DNA of 28,028 nucleotides from Desulfurococcales archaeon. GTDB lineage: Archaea; Thermoproteota; Thermoprotei_A; Sulfolobales; Desulfurococcaceae. Shown piece by piece: positions 23,852-28,028 of this stretch. Within the stretch, counting starts at the first letter, position 1, and each line of letters begins with the position of its first letter. The notes beneath the pieces are model-generated. The model ran no database searches, had not been told where the DNA came from, and worked only from the letters and a program-made list of their open reading frames with translations. The position numbers and the translations under genes were made by a program. The stretch is taken from assembly GCA_027083045.1 (NCBI GenBank), contig JALWQP010000092.1:1-28028 (forward strand), read 5' to 3'.

Positions 23852-25270
23852 CTAGCGCCCTATAATGTTTCTAAGTTTATCGGCCAGAATAGATATTGTT
23901 TCACGAGCTATGATCCCGAGTATATCTTTCAGCCTCCCAGCCCTGAGCTCGCGGAGAATAAACGCCGATCTTATGAAGAATTTCCTGTAGGCATACTTGA
24001 GCATCTTGGCGACCTGTTCCCGTGTAAACTTGAAGCCCCTCATAACAGGTCTCAGCGTCGTGTAGTGCTCCCAGTTCCAGTCCTCGATCAAGCCGTACCG
24101 CATTGCATAGTCGAACAAGGGTGTGCCCGGATATGGTGTCAGCACCGTGAACTGCGCATAGTCGGGATCAATATCTATGGCGAGATCCACGGTCTTCTTC
24201 ATATCATCGATCGTTTCCCAAGGAAATCCGAGAATGAAAGAAGCCGTTGCGAAGCCGCCGATCTCCCTCTTCCATCTAAACACCTTTCTAACCTGGTCTA
24301 GGCTTATCATCTTCCCGATCTTGTCCAGTATCCTCTGTGTCCCGGATTCTACGCCGAAGTAGAGTGCAACGCAACCATTGTTGTAGAGGAACTTCATGAA
24401 ATCCTTGTCCATATGGTTTATCCGGGCGCCACAGGCGAATCCTATATCTAGCCCTCTCTTCTTCATCTCCTCGATGAGCCCGTAGACGAAGCGTCTATTG
24501 GCTGTTAGTTCGTCATCGGTGAAAACTACGTGTTCTACCCTGTACTTATCAACAAGGAACTCTATTTCTTCAGCAACATTCCTGGGGGAGCGGTAGCGTA
24601 TCCTTCTGCCCCAGTAATAGCTTGTCGTACAGTATATGCATCCATATGGACACCCCCTACTAGCCATTATGTGGGCAACCCGTATCTTCTTCCCGAACAA
24701 AGTATATTTATCCATGGGAAGAAGGTGACGGGCAGGCCAGGGAAGCTCATCAAGATTGTGGATAAGGGGCCTCTCCCTTGTTGCAACTATATTGCCATGC
24801 TTATCGCGAAAAACAATACCAGCAACTCTTCTTAGCTTCGTGGGATCCATTCCATGTTTATCGATGGTTTTTATGAGCTCTCTAGTCGTTATCTCGCCTT
24901 CCCCTCTAACTATTATGTCGAACCCATTATCCAGGGTCTCACTCCACATATACGTGGGGTGCTGTCCACCAGCAATAAGTATCATGTCGTTCATCTCCTC
25001 CTTGATCTTCCTTGCAGCCACGTATGCTTTCGGCGCGGTAGGTGTGAGGATCGAGAAACCTATTACATCGGGAGACCATGATTTAACTTTTTGAAGCCAT
25101 GCAGCAAGATCCATTTTTAGTGTAGGAGTATCTAGTATCTTGACACGGTATCCTTCACGCTCGAGAACCGCTGCAATATATGCTAGGCCTAGAGGAGGTG
25201 CTGTAAGACCTGTAACTTTATATATTTCTAGGTCATGGATACCGGGTGGAAGCGTCAGCAACACTTTCAT
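23852..25270 (-). CDS. Cobalamin-dependent (class B) radical SAM enzyme
   Basis: B12-binding domain (PPLGLAYIAA, PDVIGFS, AGGQHPT, VRGEGE), SRGCPYGCIYC, FTDD, FGVESG and TPYPGT. Start set at ATG 25270. Confidence 0.95.
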   Translation of the reverse strand: MKVLLTLPPGIHDLEIYKVTGLTAPPLGLAYIAAVLEREGYRVKILDTPTLKMDLAAWLQKVKSWSPDVIGFSILTPTAPKAYVAARKIKEEMNDMILIAGGQHPTYMWSETLDNGFDIIVRGEGEITTRELIKTIDKHGMDPTKLRRVAGIVFRDKHGNIVATRERPLIHNLDELPWPARHLLPMDKYTLFGKKIRVAHIMASRGCPYGCIYCTTSYYWGRRIRYRSPRNVAEEIEFLVDKYRVEHVVFTDDELTANRRFVYGLIEEMKKRGLDIGFACGARINHMDKDFMKFLYNNGCVALYFGVESGTQRILDKIGKMISLDQVRKVFRWKREIGGFATASFILGFPWETIDDMKKTVDLAIDIDPDYAQFTVLTPYPGTPLFDYAMRYGLIEDWNWEHYTTLRPVMRGFKFTREQVAKMLKYAYRKFFIRSAFILRELRAGRLKDILGIIARETISILADKLRNIIGR

Positions 25271-25427
25271 CGTGTTCCCCAAGGAATATGTGTGTCAATA
25301 TGTCCTATTACGCCGTTTGGTTTTTGAAATAGCTATCTGATTAATAACATAGAAAAATACTTGTTCGATTTAATTTCAATCATAACAGATATAATTCGTT
25401 GCCGTAGACTCAATTACTGATGATGAA

Positions 25428-25691
25428 ATGCGGGTCACAATAGTATTTCTAGCAAGGGCAGGGCAAATCACTGGAAAACACCTGGCAAAACTAGAACTAC
25501 CAGAAAAAGCTACTGTTGAGGTCCTGTTAGAAGAAATAGGCAAAAAGATCAGTAAGAGATTCTACAGGGGCGTCAAAGAGGGAAGACTAGTGTTCACTAT
25601 CATTGTTAATGGGAAACCCGTTGACGAGCCCGCGTACAGGCTTAAGGATGGAGATAGAGTGGTGTTTACTACCCCAGAGATGGGGGGCTAG
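25428..25691 (+). CDS. MoaD/Urm1/SAMP1-like ubiquitin-like protein
   Basis: 87 aa, IIVNGK...LKDGDRVVF, C-terminal Gly-Gly. Confidence 0.9.
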   Translation: MRVTIVFLARAGQITGKHLAKLELPEKATVEVLLEEIGKKISKRFYRGVKEGRLVFTIIVNGKPVDEPAYRLKDGDRVVFTTPEMGG

Positions 25692-25700
25692 CTGAAGTTA

Positions 25701-26429
25701 TCACTCTCCGCATACTTTACAATCACTACTTTTTATCTCGACGTAGTCGAATAACCCTGTCCTACCATCATAGACCAGTATCTTGTTCAGGAGGGGCTCA
25801 CCCACACCAGCCAAGATCTTCAGTGCTTCATTGGCCTCAAGCAACCCGAGAATACCAGGCGTTGTCGAGAATACCGGGATGGGCTTATCAGTTCTTTTCG
25901 GAGGGTGTGGAAACACACATCTAAGGCAAGGTGTTTTACCGGGCCATGCTATGTATAGCTGGCCATAGAACCCATGTATTCCCGCGTGAATAAATGGTTT
26001 TCTGAGATCATAGCATATCTTATCAACAACAATGCGGGTCTCCCAGTTATCTAGACCGTCAACGACGAGATCTACCTCCCTAATTATACGTCTTAAAAGA
26101 TCAGGTGATGCCTCTGAGTAAATAGGATGTATATTAATGCTGGGATTGAGTAAACCTAATCTCTTAGCAGCACAGTACACCTTGGGTCTCCCTAGATCAT
26201 CTGTGGTATAGAGGATCTGTCTCTGCAAATTGCTGAGTTCTACGAGTCCATTATCTATTAGAACAAGTCTGCCCACGCCGGCTGCTGCCAGATAAAGTGA
26301 CGCTATTGATCCAAGTCCACCAACGCCTACAACTAGAACTACTGACTCACGGAGCTTCTCTTGACCCTCCTCGCCGATAACAAGCAGTTGTCTATGGTAT
26401 CTCTCGAGCTCGTCTGGAAACATTCTCAC
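25701..26429 (-). CDS. E1-like ThiF/MoeB/UbaA activating enzyme
   Basis: ERYHRQ, GVGGLGS, VELSNLQRQ, DGLDN, Zn pairs CLRC and CKVC. Confidence 0.93.
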   Translation of the reverse strand: MRMFPDELERYHRQLLVIGEEGQEKLRESVVLVVGVGGLGSIASLYLAAAGVGRLVLIDNGLVELSNLQRQILYTTDDLGRPKVYCAAKRLGLLNPSINIHPIYSEASPDLLRRIIREVDLVVDGLDNWETRIVVDKICYDLRKPFIHAGIHGFYGQLYIAWPGKTPCLRCVFPHPPKRTDKPIPVFSTTPGILGLLEANEALKILAGVGEPLLNKILVYDGRTGLFDYVEIKSSDCKVCGE

Positions 26430-27241
26430 ACCATGTCAAGAATAATGGTTCTTGTGGGTTTAATATAGAAGGGTATCTTCCCCCTGTGATAATCCCTTAT
26501 GATCGTTCTGGCTGCCTCCTCTATTAGGGGCTCCTTCGTCTTCTTGTAGAACCACCCCCTATGCTTGGCGAGCTCCTCGAGTATCTTAATCGGCTCCCTA
26601 GCCCTTATCTTGTACGCCTGGATAAAAGCTGTTGGTACATGTTCTAATATTCTCTCAATAAGCTTTATCGCTGGAGGGACAGGGTCGTCTAGTTGCTCGG
26701 GACTCTGACCCCTTATTATCCTCTCTAGCTCTCCTCCCTCAACCGGGATTACACCCGGGGTATCTATCATTAGTATGTTCTTCTCGACACGGTAGAGCTG
26801 GACATGGTGAGTATATCCTGGGCTACCAGGTATTGGACTAGTTGATGCTGAATGCCTGCCCTTTAAGGCATTAATTATGGAAGACTTACCTGTTTTCGGG
26901 TAGCCAACAACGGCGGCAATGACTGGAAGCGCAGGGGCTGCCTCTTTTATCGCTCGACGCAGGTGTTTTGTTCCCCAGTGCCGTGTAGCCGCCACATATA
27001 CTGCTCTATAGCCTCTGTCCCTGAAGAGGTGTACCCATTCCTCTACTATGGTTCTCGGTACTAGGTCGCTCTTATTAAGTACCAAGAGGAGCTCGCGCCC
27101 CATCTCTTCCACTATTCTTTCAAGCCTACGGCTACGAGTTCTTAGGGGGTCACGTGCATCGATAACTTCCAGCACAACATCAGCTCTCGACACTACTCTC
27201 CTTATATCACTCCATCCCGCTAGGGAGAAACCGTAGGGCAT
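26426..27241 (-). CDS. Circularly permuted ribosome-biogenesis GTPase (YlqF/RbgA family)
   Basis: DARDP, then G4 NKSD before G1 GYPKTGKSS, G2 PGYT and G3 DTPG. Start set at ATG 27241. Confidence 0.92.
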   Translation of the reverse strand: MPYGFSLAGWSDIRRVVSRADVVLEVIDARDPLRTRSRRLERIVEEMGRELLLVLNKSDLVPRTIVEEWVHLFRDRGYRAVYVAATRHWGTKHLRRAIKEAAPALPVIAAVVGYPKTGKSSIINALKGRHSASTSPIPGSPGYTHHVQLYRVEKNILMIDTPGVIPVEGGELERIIRGQSPEQLDDPVPPAIKLIERILEHVPTAFIQAYKIRAREPIKILEELAKHRGWFYKKTKEPLIEEAARTIIRDYHRGKIPFYIKPTRTIILDMV

Positions 27242-27246
27242 CTTGA

Positions 27247-27828
27247 TCAACCACTGTACTCATACTTTATCAGTTCATCAGGACTCATCCTGGATAACCA
27301 GTCTATTTTAGGCCCTGGTTTAGCCTTACCCTCTAATATATCTTCTAACACTATCCTAACAACTTCTTCAGGCTTCTTATCAGTAGTATCGATCTCGTAT
27401 ATCTTGTCGGGGCCCACGATGTTCAGCGCGTTAGCTGTAGGTACACCGAGTATTTCGGCCATTATATTCTCCCTAACCTTATTCTCCGGCCAACTCCTGG
27501 GCTTAAGCCTCCTTTCCAGTATTCCCGGCGCTGTCCTGAGGATTATGACTATGTCTGGTTGCAGGAAGTCGAGGAGCTCTGGATAATGTATATCGATAAT
27601 TATGCATTGTGATGCCTCAACTAGTTTCTTTATTGCTTCTCTTACTTTATCTTCATCGATGACGTAGCTCTGCCTCTCCTCATCATAGGATACATACATC
27701 CTGTTCTCGATAACATATCGGCTCACATCCAAATGTATGCATCCAAGCTTCTCCGCCAATAATCTACTGACACTAGTCTTTCCCGTGCCAGGAGTTCCTG
27801 TAACAATAATTACTCTAGGCTTCGCCAT
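27247..27828 (-). CDS. Atypical adenylate kinase AK6/Fap7 family
   Basis: TGTPGTGKT, IIDIH, LRTAP..LERRL..R.W...KVREN..AEI. Confidence 0.92.
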   Translation of the reverse strand: MAKPRVIIVTGTPGTGKTSVSRLLAEKLGCIHLDVSRYVIENRMYVSYDEERQSYVIDEDKVREAIKKLVEASQCIIIDIHYPELLDFLQPDIVIILRTAPGILERRLKPRSWPENKVRENIMAEILGVPTANALNIVGPDKIYEIDTTDKKPEEVVRIVLEDILEGKAKPGPKIDWLSRMSPDELIKYEYSG

Positions 27829-27895
27829 AGTTATAGACCCTCATCCCGGAAACATAGATGGTATTAGTGGTTAAATCGTTATTTGGTGCAGTGCA

Positions 27896-28028
27896 TTGCG
27901 GGAAATACTTAGTTATAAAAAGATCTTGTTCGTGGGTATTGGAGGCGGTGGAGACGTTGTATCAGCAGCACTCTTCGCAAAGATCTTCAGGGATCTAGGG
28001 ATCGAGACCTTCGTGGCCAGCATAATAT
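27896..28028 (+). CDS. 5' end of a probable DUF1152-family protein (truncated by the window)
   Basis: TTG start after GGTG; MREILSYKKILFVGIGGGGDVVSA, where GIGGGGD is characteristic of the family. Confidence 0.7.
   Translation, partial: MREILSYKKILFVGIGGGGDVVSAALFAKIFRDLGIETFVASII

Noticed and set aside
564-27586. Numerous short antisense or alternate-frame ORFs in the ORF track (e.g. 1066-1542, 12511-12936, 17497-17931, 19116-19469)
   Set aside because: They lie entirely within well-supported genes on another frame or strand, have no motifs, and show shadow-ORF composition.
1-28028. CRISPR array, rRNA, SRP RNA, RNase P RNA, IS elements
   Set aside because: No regularly spaced 24-40 bp repeats, no conserved rRNA, SRP or RNase P signatures and no terminal-inverted-repeat transposase were seen.

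Overview
Gene-dense window from a hyperthermophilic crenarchaeote (Thermoproteota, probably Desulfurococcales; inferred from gene content, GGTGA/GGAGG Shine-Dalgarno motifs and frequent TTG starts). The left half is mostly information-processing and RNA-modification genes: rpoL, DUF2067-like, csl4, METTL5-like, an oppositely oriented Clp-fold serine protease, dph2, rpl10e, trm14, an intron-containing tRNA-Leu(CAA), srp54, a degenerate TrmY-like gene, pus10, rpl21e, rpoF, DUF655, ksgA, a HemK/Mtq2-type methylase and trmJ. The middle holds pyrH, a WtpABC tungstate/molybdate transporter, glmS and an unexplained ~790 bp non-coding gap. The right half holds tmcA, mscS, DUF432, a winged-helix gene, cutA, two ubiquitin-like ThiS/MoaD proteins flanking a cobalamin-dependent radical SAM enzyme, an E1-like ThiF/MoeB enzyme, a YlqF/RbgA-type GTPase, an AK6/Fap7 kinase and a truncated DUF1152-like gene. 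I saw no CRISPR array, rRNA, transposase or integrase. The best leads are: the Ubl-radical SAM-Ubl-E1 cluster (its E1 lacks the crossover-loop Cys); the apparently catalytically dead TrmY homolog coupled to pus10; a 125-codon block in glmS almost free of T-ending codons; an oriC-like arrangement in the gap; and phased direct repeats in the DUF432/wHTH divergent promoter. All family calls are by motif recognition from memory, with no database search.
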